A program made the translations under genes and the position numbers. Of a stretch of 64,000 nucleotides of DNA, positions 9,081 to 18,903 are shown piece by piece. The notes below the pieces were generated by a model. The model searched no databases. It was not told the origin of the DNA and worked only from the letters and a program-made list of their open reading frames with translations. The stretch spans positions 192,001-256,000 of the forward strand of contig CAWHVC010000001.1 in the NCBI GenBank assembly GCA_963832745.1, in the 5' to 3' direction. Every line of letters starts with the position of its first letter. Position 1 is the first letter of the stretch. The DNA is from Candidatus Bathyarchaeota archaeon (GTDB lineage: Archaea > Thermoproteota > Bathyarchaeia > Bathyarchaeales > Bathycorpusculaceae).

Positions 9081-10805
9081 TTAGTAACTCCGTTTTTCCG
9101 GGGCAAATCTGCCTACCCAAACAGGCTTAAAGCTCTCCTTAATCCCGCTTGGGCTTTCATGGATTAACGTATGTTTTAGCCATTGCTCATCGTTCCGTTC
9201 AGGGTAGTCACTGCGGAAGTGAGCGCCTCGGCTTTCGGTCCTTAGAAGCGCCGAATAAACAATAACTTCTGCAACCCTAAGCATGTTAGCCAATTCTTGG
9301 GCTTCTTGAAGTTCATAGTTAAAAATTTTTGATTTATTTCCTAACCCTACGTGTAGAAGTTGCCTGAGTTTTCTAATCTTTTCCAAGACGGCTGTAAGGT
9401 TTTCTTGATTCCTGAAAACGCTACATTGCTCCATCATCACGTTTTGCATGGCTTCACGTAACACTGCTACCTTCTCAGGTCCTTTGGATTCAAGCAGATT
9501 ATCGATTTTTTTTGTCGTCTTAATTTCGGCTTTAATCGGAAGAAGCTGAAACGCCTTACCACCTACATCTTTTTGCACAGTTAAACCGGTTCTGCTGCCA
9601 AAAACCACAAGGTCAATCAGGGAGTTACAACCTAAACGATTAGCTCCATGAACGCTCACACAGGCGCATTCTCCAACAGCATATAATCCTTCGACTGGTT
9701 CGGCTTTAATGTCTGCTAAAACGTGACCATTGACGTCTGTAGGGATTCCTCCCATCATGTAATGTGCTGTAGGCGCAACAGGTACCAAAGACTCCGCTGG
9801 GTCAATTCCCAAATAAGTCATGATAAACGACGTAATTTCGGGCAATTTCTGGTTTAAACGTTCTTTGCCAATGCCTCGTAAGTCAAGATGAACGTAGTCC
9901 TTTCCGTCAATTCCTCTGCCCTCACTGACTTCCCTTTCGATTGCTCTCGAAATGATGTCTCTTGGCGCCAAATCCTTCAAGGTTGGAGCGTAACGTTCCA
10001 TAAAAGCCTCACCCATACAGTTTCGCAAGATACCCCCTTCTGCCCTTGCAGCTTCACTAATCAGGATGCCTAACCCGTAGATACCTGTCGGGTGAAACTG
10101 CACAAACTCCATATCCATCAACGGCAAGCCTGAGTCAAGCGCCAAAGCAAAACCGTCGCCAGTTGAAGCGAAACCGTTGCTTGTTGTTTTGAAGATTTTT
10201 CCGCATCCTCCAGTAGCAAGTACGACTGCTTTAGCATGGAAAACCTGTGGTTCGGTGTCTGCTATGTTGTATCCTGCGGCGCCGCAGCAGTGATTGCCTG
10301 AGAAAAGCAGGTTTTGTATGAACACCTCATTATGGAAAGCTACTTCAGCTTGTAGGCATTGGTCATAGAGGGAATCCATGATGGTTCTGCCTGTTCGGTC
10401 TGAAGCATAGCAAGCGCGTTTTATTGGGGCTTCCCCAAAGTTTTTGGTGTGTCCTCCGAATCGGCGCTGTTCAATCTTACCTTGACCGTTTCGACTAAAG
10501 GGTACGCTCATGTGTTCGAGCTTGTAGATGGCGTTTGGCGCCTCCTTTGTCAAAACTTCTACAGCCTCTTGGTCAGCAAGGAAATCGCTGCCCTTTACGG
10601 TATCGTACATGTGCCATTCCCAATGGTCCTCTTCCTCGTTACCAAGAGCAGCGGCTATTCCACCTTGTGCAGCTACAGAATGGGAACGGGTAACATGCAC
10701 TTTACTGATAACCGCAACTCGACAATTCGGCGCTTTAGCAGTTAAGGCAGTGTACAAACCCGATATTCCGCCGCCGATAACAATAACGTCATACTGATGA
10801 ATCAT
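9081..10805 (-). CDS. sdhA: Succinate dehydrogenase/fumarate reductase flavoprotein subunit
   Basis: GGGISG, RSHSVAAQGG (FAD-His), QFHPTG, HYMMGG, HGANRLG, ESRGAH. Confidence 0.95.
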   Translation of the reverse strand: MIHQYDVIVIGGGISGLYTALTAKAPNCRVAVISKVHVTRSHSVAAQGGIAAALGNEEEDHWEWHMYDTVKGSDFLADQEAVEVLTKEAPNAIYKLEHMSVPFSRNGQGKIEQRRFGGHTKNFGEAPIKRACYASDRTGRTIMDSLYDQCLQAEVAFHNEVFIQNLLFSGNHCCGAAGYNIADTEPQVFHAKAVVLATGGCGKIFKTTSNGFASTGDGFALALDSGLPLMDMEFVQFHPTGIYGLGILISEAARAEGGILRNCMGEAFMERYAPTLKDLAPRDIISRAIEREVSEGRGIDGKDYVHLDLRGIGKERLNQKLPEITSFIMTYLGIDPAESLVPVAPTAHYMMGGIPTDVNGHVLADIKAEPVEGLYAVGECACVSVHGANRLGCNSLIDLVVFGSRTGLTVQKDVGGKAFQLLPIKAEIKTTKKIDNLLESKGPEKVAVLREAMQNVMMEQCSVFRNQENLTAVLEKIRKLRQLLHVGLGNKSKIFNYELQEAQELANMLRVAEVIVYSALLRTESRGAHFRSDYPERNDEQWLKHTLIHESPSGIKESFKPVWVGRFAPEKRSY

Positions 10806-10862
10806 ACTAGTTATCTTACTTCTAAAGAAAATAAAAGAATAACCAAAAAACGTGGCGTAAAT

Positions 10863-11669
10863 CTAAATCTCAAACTTTTCAATTATACGATTTTCTTTTT
10901 CTCCCGTAATTTCGGCAACAACATGGAAAAACTGTTCCAAGCCCGAGTTGACAATTCTTGGTTTAAGCAACTCGTCAATTTGAAAGACTCCGGCTGAATT
11001 GCTCATTGTGATGTGGATAACGATGGGTTTAGGTTTTCCGTCGTCTGGCACTATTACGTCAACTTTTTCAATGGATAATGCTGAAACGGCGTGGATGTCG
11101 ACTTTTCCTGCTTGGAATGGGATGCGTGCGCGTCCGGCTTCCATGTCTAAGGCGTCGGCGATGCCTACGATGCCGGCTTCTTTAGTTAGAATTTTTTTTG
11201 AACCAGGTATTTCTGGTACTTCATGAGAAACGATGGCGTGCAGAACCTCTGAAGTTATGACTGTGCGTTCTTCTTCATTGTAGGTTGGCGTTAACAGGTT
11301 ATCAATAACGTTTAAGGCAAGGAAGGCACTGTATTTTTCGTGTTCACGTCTTTGAACAATCATGCCCAAGTCATGTAGTATTGAGCCCAATACTACTACG
11401 ACTTCAGCATCTTCATCGGTCATTTTGTAATTTTCAACTATGCTAGGTGAGATAATCTTCTTTTCAACGAGGACTCTAAGAAGTTTTAGGGCGATGTTTG
11501 CTACAATTTTTACGTGAGTTGGTCCATGATCAGTGTAACCCATACGTTCAATAGCCATAACGTTGGAGCATCTCCAGTACGTTTGTAGTGTCTTGTTTTC
11601 TTTGACTTTCTCCATGACCTGTTTCAGTTTAAGGTTGCTTCGGTAAGGTATGTTAAAAATGTATGACAC
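10863..11669 (-). CDS. HD-domain phosphohydrolase
   Basis: DHGPTH...LHDLG...SHE...ADALD motifs. Confidence 0.9.
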   Translation of the reverse strand: MSYIFNIPYRSNLKLKQVMEKVKENKTLQTYWRCSNVMAIERMGYTDHGPTHVKIVANIALKLLRVLVEKKIISPSIVENYKMTDEDAEVVVVLGSILHDLGMIVQRREHEKYSAFLALNVIDNLLTPTYNEEERTVITSEVLHAIVSHEVPEIPGSKKILTKEAGIVGIADALDMEAGRARIPFQAGKVDIHAVSALSIEKVDVIVPDDGKPKPIVIHITMSNSAGVFQIDELLKPRIVNSGLEQFFHVVAEITGEKENRIIEKFEI

Positions 11670-11833
11670 GCCTATCAGTGCTCCATAGAAAGAGTATTAG
11701 GCGGTAAAGATTTAAACTTACAGTGTTAAGTCTTTTGACGCTTAGGTGTCCCTGCTAAATCTGCTGATTTCGATGAACACGCTTTTAAGGAACTAATCTA
11801 CATTCTTTTTAAATAATAATAGAGGTTTATCGT

Positions 11834-12139
11834 TTGGGAAAGAAAAAAGTCTTAAGCGAAGGCGCAATCGGCGAATTAGTCTATCCAGGACAAGGTGAAA
11901 TTCTAGGTGTAGTTACAAAACTGCTTGGTTTTGACAGAATCCAAGTCAAATGCCAAGACGGCAAAGAACGCCTCTGCCGTATCAGAGGCAAGATGAAGCG
12001 TCGCGTTTGGATCCGTGAAGGAGACATTGTTATCGTTGCACCTTGGGACTTCCAAACTGACACACGCGGCGATGTAGTTTGGCGTTATACTCATTCTCAA
12101 GCGGACACTCTTAGACGTAAGGGACTATTAACCCTATAA
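11834..12139 (+). CDS. eif1a: Translation initiation factor aIF-1A
   Basis: RLCRIRGKMKRRVWIREGD..V.PWDFQ. Confidence 0.95.
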   Translation: MGKKKVLSEGAIGELVYPGQGEILGVVTKLLGFDRIQVKCQDGKERLCRIRGKMKRRVWIREGDIVIVAPWDFQTDTRGDVVWRYTHSQADTLRRKGLLTL

Positions 12140-12275
12140 TTTTTATCATACTTTCTGCTACCTTTTTAACCCAATTGTAGATAGCCCCCTTAGATTTTTT
12201 ATTTTTCTTCATTTGTCTTATTTCCTGTGGTCTGTTGCTTTAAATATCTGGGCAGTTATAGCATGGTGAACACGT

Positions 12276-13064
12276 ATGTCTAAGAAAGCTCATGAACGCC
12301 TTGCACACAACGAAAAACGTTTAGAACGCAGAGACAAAATGCTAGTCCACGACAAAGCAAACGAACGCGCAACAGTGGAGGAAGTCTTTGACCAAACCAC
12401 CCGCCTCATAGTTTTCGACCTACTTAATGACGGCATTCTTTACGAGGTTAACGGTGTCATCAGCTCAGGCAAGGAAGCACGTGTCTATTGGGGCATAAAC
12501 AAAGAAAACAAAGACTTAGCCGTAAAAATCTACCTAACCTCCTCAGCTGAATTCAAGAAAGGAATGCTCAAATACATAGAAGGCGACCCCCGTTTCAAAA
12601 ATGTCAAACGTGATACACGTTCGCTTATCGCGGTTTGGGCTCAAAAGGAATTCCGCAATTTAGAAGAATCTTGTCAAGCTAAAGTACGTGTTCCAAAACC
12701 TGTTGTTGTGAAAAGTAACGTGTTGGTTATGGAGTTCATCGGTGAAAAAGGAAACAGTGCACCATCACTAAAGGAGTCGCCGCCAAAAAATCCAGAACGC
12801 ATATACAAACAGTTGGTCAATAGTGTTAAGCGTCTTTACCAAAAAGCCAAACTGGTTCACGGAGATTTAAGTGAATATAACATTTTAATGTGGAAGGGAA
12901 ACCCAGTAATTATTGACATGTCCCAATCCGTCTCCATCGAGCATCCAATGGCCGATTTCATGTTAACAAGAGACCTAAATAATCTGAATAGGTTCTTTAG
13001 TAGGTTAAGAGTAAATGTTATCCCAGTTGAAGAATTGCATAAACAGGTTGTAGGAAAAAAGTAA
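12276..13064 (+). CDS. rio1: RIO1 family kinase/ATPase
   Basis: ISSGKEARVY, WAQKEFRNL, LVHGDLSEYNIL, IDMSQ. Confidence 0.95.
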   Translation: MSKKAHERLAHNEKRLERRDKMLVHDKANERATVEEVFDQTTRLIVFDLLNDGILYEVNGVISSGKEARVYWGINKENKDLAVKIYLTSSAEFKKGMLKYIEGDPRFKNVKRDTRSLIAVWAQKEFRNLEESCQAKVRVPKPVVVKSNVLVMEFIGEKGNSAPSLKESPPKNPERIYKQLVNSVKRLYQKAKLVHGDLSEYNILMWKGNPVIIDMSQSVSIEHPMADFMLTRDLNNLNRFFSRLRVNVIPVEELHKQVVGKK

Positions 13065-13645
13065 TGTCTAATCTAGATTCATTTGTCAGAATTCCACGAG
13101 AACGTGTTGGCACGCTTATAGGTCCTGAAGGAAAAGTAAAAAGCTACATTGAAGAACGAATGAAAGTAAAACTTGAAATTGACAGCGAAGACGGCGGCGT
13201 CACCATAATACTTGACGCGGCTCAAGATGACCCATCAATGCTGCTTAGAGCAAAAGACCTCATAACCGCCATAGGTAGAGGCTTTGCACCCGAAGTCGCC
13301 TTCAGATTAATCAGAAATGAAGACGACATTTTCGATATGGTTGATTTACGACTAGTATTCGGCCGTTCTGAAGCCGACATCAGACGTATAAAAAGCAGAA
13401 TTATCGGTTCGGAAGGTAAAACACGCCGGCTTATCGAAGAATTAACTGAAGCCAACGTTGTAGTTTACGGTCATACTGTCGGTATCATTGGTAACTTTGA
13501 AGAAGCTGATGCTGCCCGAAACGCGGTGCAAATGATTATTGAAGGATGCGAACATAAAACCGTTTACAGGTACTTGCAACGTAAACGTACTGAGATGAAA
13601 AAAGAAAAAATGCAACTCTGGGAAACACCACCAGAAAAAAGATAA
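13064..13645 (+). CDS. KH-domain pre-rRNA processing protein (Pno1/Dim2-like)
   Basis: Two GxxG KH motifs (LIGPEG, IIGSEG), AIGRGF, HKTVY; conserved aIF1A-rio1-KH operon. Confidence 0.92.
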   Translation: MSNLDSFVRIPRERVGTLIGPEGKVKSYIEERMKVKLEIDSEDGGVTIILDAAQDDPSMLLRAKDLITAIGRGFAPEVAFRLIRNEDDIFDMVDLRLVFGRSEADIRRIKSRIIGSEGKTRRLIEELTEANVVVYGHTVGIIGNFEEADAARNAVQMIIEGCEHKTVYRYLQRKRTEMKKEKMQLWETPPEKR

Positions 13646-13673
13646 TTTTTCTTTTTTTCCATTCTTGTTTATT

Positions 13674-14318
13674 TTATTTTTTTGCATACTTGATTAGCGC
13701 TTCTATATCCTCTGATAGCAGTAGCGGCAAGACTTTTTTTATTTCACCATCAGGCCAATTCCACCATGCAATCTCTTGCAACGCATCAATATAATCCTGT
13801 GTAAACCGGTACTTGATTACTCGTGCAGGGTTACCACCGACCAAAGCGTAAGCTGGAACATCTTTAGTAACTAAGGAACCCATTGCAACAACCGCCCCAT
13901 TATGAACTATTATGCCTTCTTTGAAGAAAACGTTTGAGGCGACCCAAACGTCGTTTTCAATAACTATCGGCGTCGCCTCAATTTTATTCTCGTCTGGTTT
14001 GCCCTTATGCCAAAGTTTATCTTCAAAACCCCAAGCATCATAAAAATCGTAAAAAGGGTAAGTCGTGACCCACTCGTAATTGTGCTTGCCTAAAAACGAA
14101 AACATAATTCCTTCGCTTAAGGAACAGAAATTTCCTACTTTGCTGCCACGTGCCTTTCTTGCTAACCAAGGCATGGAACCCAAAAGATGGGGTTGTGGTC
14201 CATAACTGTGCCGTCCAAACGGGATTGTTAACGGCGGTTTCTCTGGAAAAACGGTTTTTTTAAAAAGTAAGAGTGGACTTAATAAATGATTTAACCTTTT
14301 AGAAAACAGGTCAATCAC
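13674..14318 (-). CDS. CatB/Vat-related hexapeptide-repeat O-acetyltransferase
   Basis: IENDVWV, GAVVAMGSLVTKDVPAYALVGGNPARVIKYRF, WWNW. Confidence 0.9.
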   Translation of the reverse strand: MIDLFSKRLNHLLSPLLLFKKTVFPEKPPLTIPFGRHSYGPQPHLLGSMPWLARKARGSKVGNFCSLSEGIMFSFLGKHNYEWVTTYPFYDFYDAWGFEDKLWHKGKPDENKIEATPIVIENDVWVASNVFFKEGIIVHNGAVVAMGSLVTKDVPAYALVGGNPARVIKYRFTQDYIDALQEIAWWNWPDGEIKKVLPLLLSEDIEALIKYAKK

Positions 14319-14419
14319 CTAACTGCCATTTTTTCTTATGATTAGCCTTTTTGGTGATTCTTTGCGAGTTTATGGTAGTGGGCTCTTTGCCATTTAACGT
14401 CTAAATTTTAGGCGTAAAT

Positions 14420-14486
14420 GGTGGTATCGCACTCAAGATCCATATCATCCTACACGTCTTCGGGGCCAGAATCGTCATCGCCCACC
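14420..14486 (-). ncRNA. Candidate box C/D guide sRNA (guide complementary to tRNA-Leu CAA anticodon arm)
   Basis: Minus strand: terminal stem GGTGG/CCACC, C box ATGACGA, C' ATGATAT, degenerate D'/D (AAGA/GCGA), TTTAAA about 20 nt upstream. Confidence 0.55.
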
Positions 14487-14535
14487 AACCTGAAAAACAC
14501 AGGTTTAAACCATTAAACCTTTAGGTTAAAGAGGC

Positions 14536-15144
14536 TTATTGCACCCCTATCATTGCACCATACTGCGAGTAGACTTCCTTAATTAAGTCACCTGCTTTCG
14601 GGTTATCCCAATCATGCATCCACTCAGAAACTAATCCTTCAAGCGTTAAAGGGACCACACCAACCTGTAACATACGTTTGATTCCAAACTTGTGAGATTC
14701 AGGCGAAGAGTCACCCGCTGCATCCATTAACCCATAAACGTCAAAACCGGCCATAACAGCATGAATCGCCGTATATGTAAAGCACATGCTCGTCCACAAC
14801 CCTGCAAGGACAATCTTCTTTCTTTGCGTCTGTTTGACTGCATTCCAAGTGCTCTCGTCCTCAAAGGCATCAAAGCTTGGAACTTTACGTGCAAACACCT
14901 GTTGGTTGGGAAATAGCCGAGTTATGTCTTTAATGAATTCGCCGTTATAGTCTGGATTAATTGAGGATAAAACAACTGGAACGTTCAAGATTTTGGCGGC
15001 TTTAGCAGCGCAGACAGCAGCGGTCTTTATCACCGTCTTGTTGCTTGAGCCTATGCTTTTGAGCATTGATGGCTGAAAATCAATTAATGCTAATACACTA
15101 TTGTATGGCGTCAAAAAGTCTAATTTTCCATTTCTTGTCTCCAC
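14536..15144 (-). CDS. Isochorismatase-family hydrolase (YcaC-like)
   Basis: LIDFQP, LAGLWTSMC, DAAGD, EWMHDW. Confidence 0.9.
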   Translation of the reverse strand: METRNGKLDFLTPYNSVLALIDFQPSMLKSIGSSNKTVIKTAAVCAAKAAKILNVPVVLSSINPDYNGEFIKDITRLFPNQQVFARKVPSFDAFEDESTWNAVKQTQRKKIVLAGLWTSMCFTYTAIHAVMAGFDVYGLMDAAGDSSPESHKFGIKRMLQVGVVPLTLEGLVSEWMHDWDNPKAGDLIKEVYSQYGAMIGVQ

Positions 15145-15207
15145 AAGAAAGCACCATTAGAGTGAATCGTGAGAGAATATTTAAAAAGTTGTTTCAAGCG
15201 CAAACTG

Positions 15208-15774
15208 TTAGAGTTTAACGCTTATTTCTAAACCGTCATTGCCGACACCGACATAACGGCTGCTATACTTGCCTGAAGTACGAACGTAATCCAAGTATTG
15301 TTTCATTTCAGCCGGAAACTTGCCAGCATTATCTGCGATGATAACTGCGCCTTTCCACAGTTTGTCTTCAATCAGCTTAAGATATTGAAAGTATTCATCT
15401 TTAGCTGCGTCAAGGAAAACAAAGTCAAAGCAGCAAGCCAGTGTTGGTATTACTTCATTGGCATCGCCGCCGATTACTTGAACGTCAACCTCAATTTCTG
15501 ACTGCCGAATGTTGTCTTTGGCTACTTCGGCTTCATCTAAATGTTCCTCTATGGTTACGAACCTTGCGCTCTTTTCCAGTTCACGACCAATCAAGATTGT
15601 TGAGTAGCCAATGAAAGTGCCCACTTCAAGAACATTTTTTGGATTTACTTTTCTAACTTCTTCAACCAAAACTTTTCCTTTGGCTGGTCCAACAATTGGA
15701 AGGAACTCTACGACTGCAATATCTGCAATTTCATTTAACAGTTGATCAGCTTTACTTAAGGGGTTTTTTGACAT
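15208..15774 (-). CDS. SAM-dependent O-methyltransferase
   Basis: VLEVGTFIGYS, FVFLDAAK, IIADN. Confidence 0.9.
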   Translation of the reverse strand: MSKNPLSKADQLLNEIADIAVVEFLPIVGPAKGKVLVEEVRKVNPKNVLEVGTFIGYSTILIGRELEKSARFVTIEEHLDEAEVAKDNIRQSEIEVDVQVIGGDANEVIPTLACCFDFVFLDAAKDEYFQYLKLIEDKLWKGAVIIADNAGKFPAEMKQYLDYVRTSGKYSSRYVGVGNDGLEISVKL

Positions 15775-16328
15775 TACTGAGGCACCTTCAGCTTATCAAA
15801 GAACCTTTGTTGTAGCTTTGCAATTTTTGGTGCAATCACTACTTGACAATATGGTTCTTTGGGATGCTTCTTATAGTAGTCCTTATGAAAATCTTCAGCC
15901 TTATAAAAGATTTTCAGTGGTTCAACACTAGTTATGATGGGCTTATCGAAGATTCCTTCACGATTTAACTCAGCGATTAATTTTTCAGCGGTAGCTTTCT
16001 GCTTTTGGTCTTGATAAAAAATCGCCGAGCGATACTGAGACCCTACATCAGGTCCCTGACGATCAACCGTTGTTGGGTCATGAACTACAAAGAAAATCTC
16101 CAAAATCTCACGGTAACTAATCACTTGAGGATCAAACGTTATCTGAGCCGCTTCAGCGTGACCTGTGGTCCCATGGCTAACCTCTTCATACGTTGGATTA
16201 GACAAGGTACCACCTGTATAGCCAGGTTCAACCCTAACAACACCCCGTATAATGCTAAAAGCCGATTCCAAACACCAAAAACATCCAGCAGCCAACGTTG
16301 CTATCTCAAACCCTGTTTTTTCACCCAT
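15774..16328 (-). CDS. msrA: Peptide methionine sulfoxide reductase A
   Basis: GCFWC, GYTGG, TGHAE, QGPDVGSQYRS. Confidence 0.97.
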   Translation of the reverse strand: MGEKTGFEIATLAAGCFWCLESAFSIIRGVVRVEPGYTGGTLSNPTYEEVSHGTTGHAEAAQITFDPQVISYREILEIFFVVHDPTTVDRQGPDVGSQYRSAIFYQDQKQKATAEKLIAELNREGIFDKPIITSVEPLKIFYKAEDFHKDYYKKHPKEPYCQVVIAPKIAKLQQRFFDKLKVPQ

Positions 16329-16457
16329 CCATTTAACCTCAAAAGTAAGAATAAATACAGTTCAATTTTAGAACGCTATAAACTTACTGCTCACCTTTAT
16401 CATGTTGGAGCTATATTTTTAACTTCAAAAATTAATTGCTTAAACAAGGAAACAACC

Positions 16458-17456
16458 ATGAAACGCCAAGTAAGCACACTTGATCAAATCCACGTAACGC
16501 CCTTGGCTTCTGAAAGTTTCGGCGCCCGCTCCATGTGTACTCTTGTAGAAACCCCAGATGTCACTGTGCTTTTAGATGCCGGTATCTCTCTTTGTCCTTG
16601 GCGGTTTAATCTGCCACCGCATCCCATTGAATTCCAAACTATTCAGGCTCTTAGAAAGAAAATCGCTGAAGCCGCTGACAAAGCTCAAATCGTTACTGTT
16701 AGTCATTACCATTATGACCATCACACGCCATCCTTTGAAGATTGGGTAGTAAATTGGACTGCTCAAACAGAAACCGCACGCCAAATCTATCAAGATAAAA
16801 CCCTGCTTATCAAAAACCCCAAAGAGAACATTAACGCCAGCCAACGTGAACGAGCTTGGAATTTTTTAAAAACAGGTGCAAAACATGCCAAGACCGTGAA
16901 CGATGCAGACGGCAAAGTTTTTTCCTATGACAGCACTTTGTTGCGTTTTTCTGAGGCAGTTGCGCATGGTGAGGACAAGTCCATGCTGGGTTACGTAGTA
17001 ATGGTTACAATCGAATACGGCGATGAACGATTCATGTTTGCTCCTGACGTTCAAGGTCCAATGTCAAATCATACCTTGCAGTTAATCCTGGATTCTCAAC
17101 CGTCACTACTTATGCTTGGAGGTCCACCGTTTTATCTCGCAGGGTTTCGCGTAAACGAGTTAGCACTTCAAAATGCTGCAAAAAACATTAAAGCTCTCGT
17201 GCAATCAGTGCCTTTAATTATTCTGGAACATCACACGCTTAGAGACGAATCATGGAAACAAAAGCTTGCCCCAATCGAGGAACAAGCAAAGCAAGCAGGT
17301 CATGAACTTTTTACTGCTGCAGAGTTTGCTGGTGAAGAAAACCGTTTTTTGGAATCCAACCGCAAAAAGCTGTTTAAGGATTTTCCGCCTTCAAAAGAGT
17401 TTCAACTTTGGACAAAGACTCTGAACAGCAAGGTCATTAGCAAACCGCCTATTTAG
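16458..17456 (+). CDS. Archaeal metallo-beta-lactamase-fold hydrolase (UPF0282-like)
   Basis: ESFGARSM, SHYHYDHH, DVQGP, EHH; real start probably ATG 16458 because the longer track ORF overlaps msrA. Confidence 0.85.
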   Translation: MKRQVSTLDQIHVTPLASESFGARSMCTLVETPDVTVLLDAGISLCPWRFNLPPHPIEFQTIQALRKKIAEAADKAQIVTVSHYHYDHHTPSFEDWVVNWTAQTETARQIYQDKTLLIKNPKENINASQRERAWNFLKTGAKHAKTVNDADGKVFSYDSTLLRFSEAVAHGEDKSMLGYVVMVTIEYGDERFMFAPDVQGPMSNHTLQLILDSQPSLLMLGGPPFYLAGFRVNELALQNAAKNIKALVQSVPLIILEHHTLRDESWKQKLAPIEEQAKQAGHELFTAAEFAGEENRFLESNRKKLFKDFPPSKEFQLWTKTLNSKVISKPPI

Positions 17457-17747
17457 GAAGGTTTGAGCAGTTGTCTTTATAGCATGTAATAAGCTTGTAG
17501 CTGTATTGTTCGTCAGTATTTGTAGGTAACATTACGCACAATAATTCTTATCTGGAAAACACGTATCTTAAGTCACACGAAAAATAAAGAACAAACAGAA
17601 ATTACTTTGCACAATTCAGGCTTGCTACAGCTAAAAACGAAAAAATGTGGTTTAATATTACGTATTTTAACTAAAGAGCATGTTTTCATAAGGTGTTTAA
17701 ATGAAGTTTGCTATTTGTGTGTCTGTACGACTCGGAGGAAAAAGTAA

Positions 17748-17933
17748 TTGAAGCAAATAGCGGTTAATCAAAAAGAGCGAAAAGAACTCGAAGCTAAATT
17801 AGCTGACGTGTTCACGGGAAAAATGGGTGAACTTTCGACAGAATTGCAGGAAATATTGCTAGATGACCTGGTCACTGCATTCGAAAATAGAATAAATGTG
17901 TTAAATCGCATCGCCGGAAACGCTGATAACTGA
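17748..17933 (+). CDS. Small hypothetical protein
   Basis: GGAGG upstream of TTG; helical LSTELQEILLDDLVTAFENR segment. Confidence 0.6.
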   Translation: MKQIAVNQKERKELEAKLADVFTGKMGELSTELQEILLDDLVTAFENRINVLNRIAGNADN

Positions 17934-18022
17934 AGTTGCCGCATGGAAAAAGTACTGATTAGTAATACATAAAGCCTTTATATTAAAAACACGGATTTGT
18001 GTTCAACAAAGAGGATCTTTGC

Positions 18023-18316
18023 ATGCGACGTTCAAAACTCGAAATGTATGTTGACATCCTGAAGGTACTGGCTCATCGGGGTCCATTAAAGCTGACTCAT
18101 GTAATGTACAAGGCCAACGTTAACTGCAGTGTACTCAAAGAATACTTGGATTTCCTGATCAAGCAAGGCTTGGTTGAAGAACGCACTATTGGTAAACGCC
18201 GTGTGGTGTATGCCGTCACACAACGTGGAATTACAGTGTTGAAGTATTTCAGAGAACTAAAGCAAGTGCTGCCAATCGTTGAAGAAGCGCGTAATTTAGC
18301 TCCAGTTCCCTTCTAA
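18023..18316 (+). CDS. Winged-helix DNA-binding protein (HTH_45/DUF4364-like)
   Basis: MRRSKLE..DIL..T.VMYKANVN..YL.FL...GL..Y..T.RG. Confidence 0.85.
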   Translation: MRRSKLEMYVDILKVLAHRGPLKLTHVMYKANVNCSVLKEYLDFLIKQGLVEERTIGKRRVVYAVTQRGITVLKYFRELKQVLPIVEEARNLAPVPF

Positions 18317-18517
18317 TCTCAATTTTTCTTCTACCCCCACAACTTTATTTCCATTTTTATTCATGTTCCGAATCGAATCAAAATGTCTTGATTGCCGCTG
18401 TTTTCGACCAGTTTTTGTAGTTCAACAATAGTTATTTATGTTTCGTAAGACTTAATAAACACTTATTTGTTACTGAACTGTATACTTGAAAAACAAATAC
18501 ACTCGGGGAGAACTTGG

Positions 18518-18898
18518 TTGAGCAAAGAAGAAGTGTTAGGAAAAAAACCTCTCGTAATTCTAGAGAAAATAAAAGAAAACCTCGAGAGACTTAACGAGAA
18601 AATCGAAGTAATGATTGAAATCCAGAAAAACGGCAACAGCAAAAAAGAAACTCCAATGATTCCCGACGCCTCACTCGACGTAATGACACTGCTTAATATG
18701 CCAGACCACCTCCGAAAAACAGCGATGACCATCTGCAGAAACGGTCGTGCAACAGCAGAAGAAATTTCTGAACAAACAAACCGAGCCCGAGCAGTAGAAA
18801 GCGCTTACCTAAATCAACTGGTAATCATGGGTTACCTTAAAAAAGAACGTAAAGGTAGAAAAGCATACTTCTTCGTTGATAGAGAATCACAGAGCTGA
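18518..18898 (+). CDS. Coiled-coil plus winged-helix DNA-binding protein
   Basis: N-terminal heptads; LPDHLRKTA-like segment, ATAEEIS..TNRARAVESAYLNQL..GYLKKERKGRKAYF; 5 bp upstream of the ParA/MinD gene. Confidence 0.8.
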   Translation: MSKEEVLGKKPLVILEKIKENLERLNEKIEVMIEIQKNGNSKKETPMIPDASLDVMTLLNMPDHLRKTAMTICRNGRATAEEISEQTNRARAVESAYLNQLVIMGYLKKERKGRKAYFFVDRESQS

Positions 18899-18903
18899 AT
18901 GTC

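Noticed and set aside
16005-16457. N-terminal extension of the 483-aa track ORF
   Set aside because: Overlaps msrA on the opposite strand; family motifs begin only after ATG 16458
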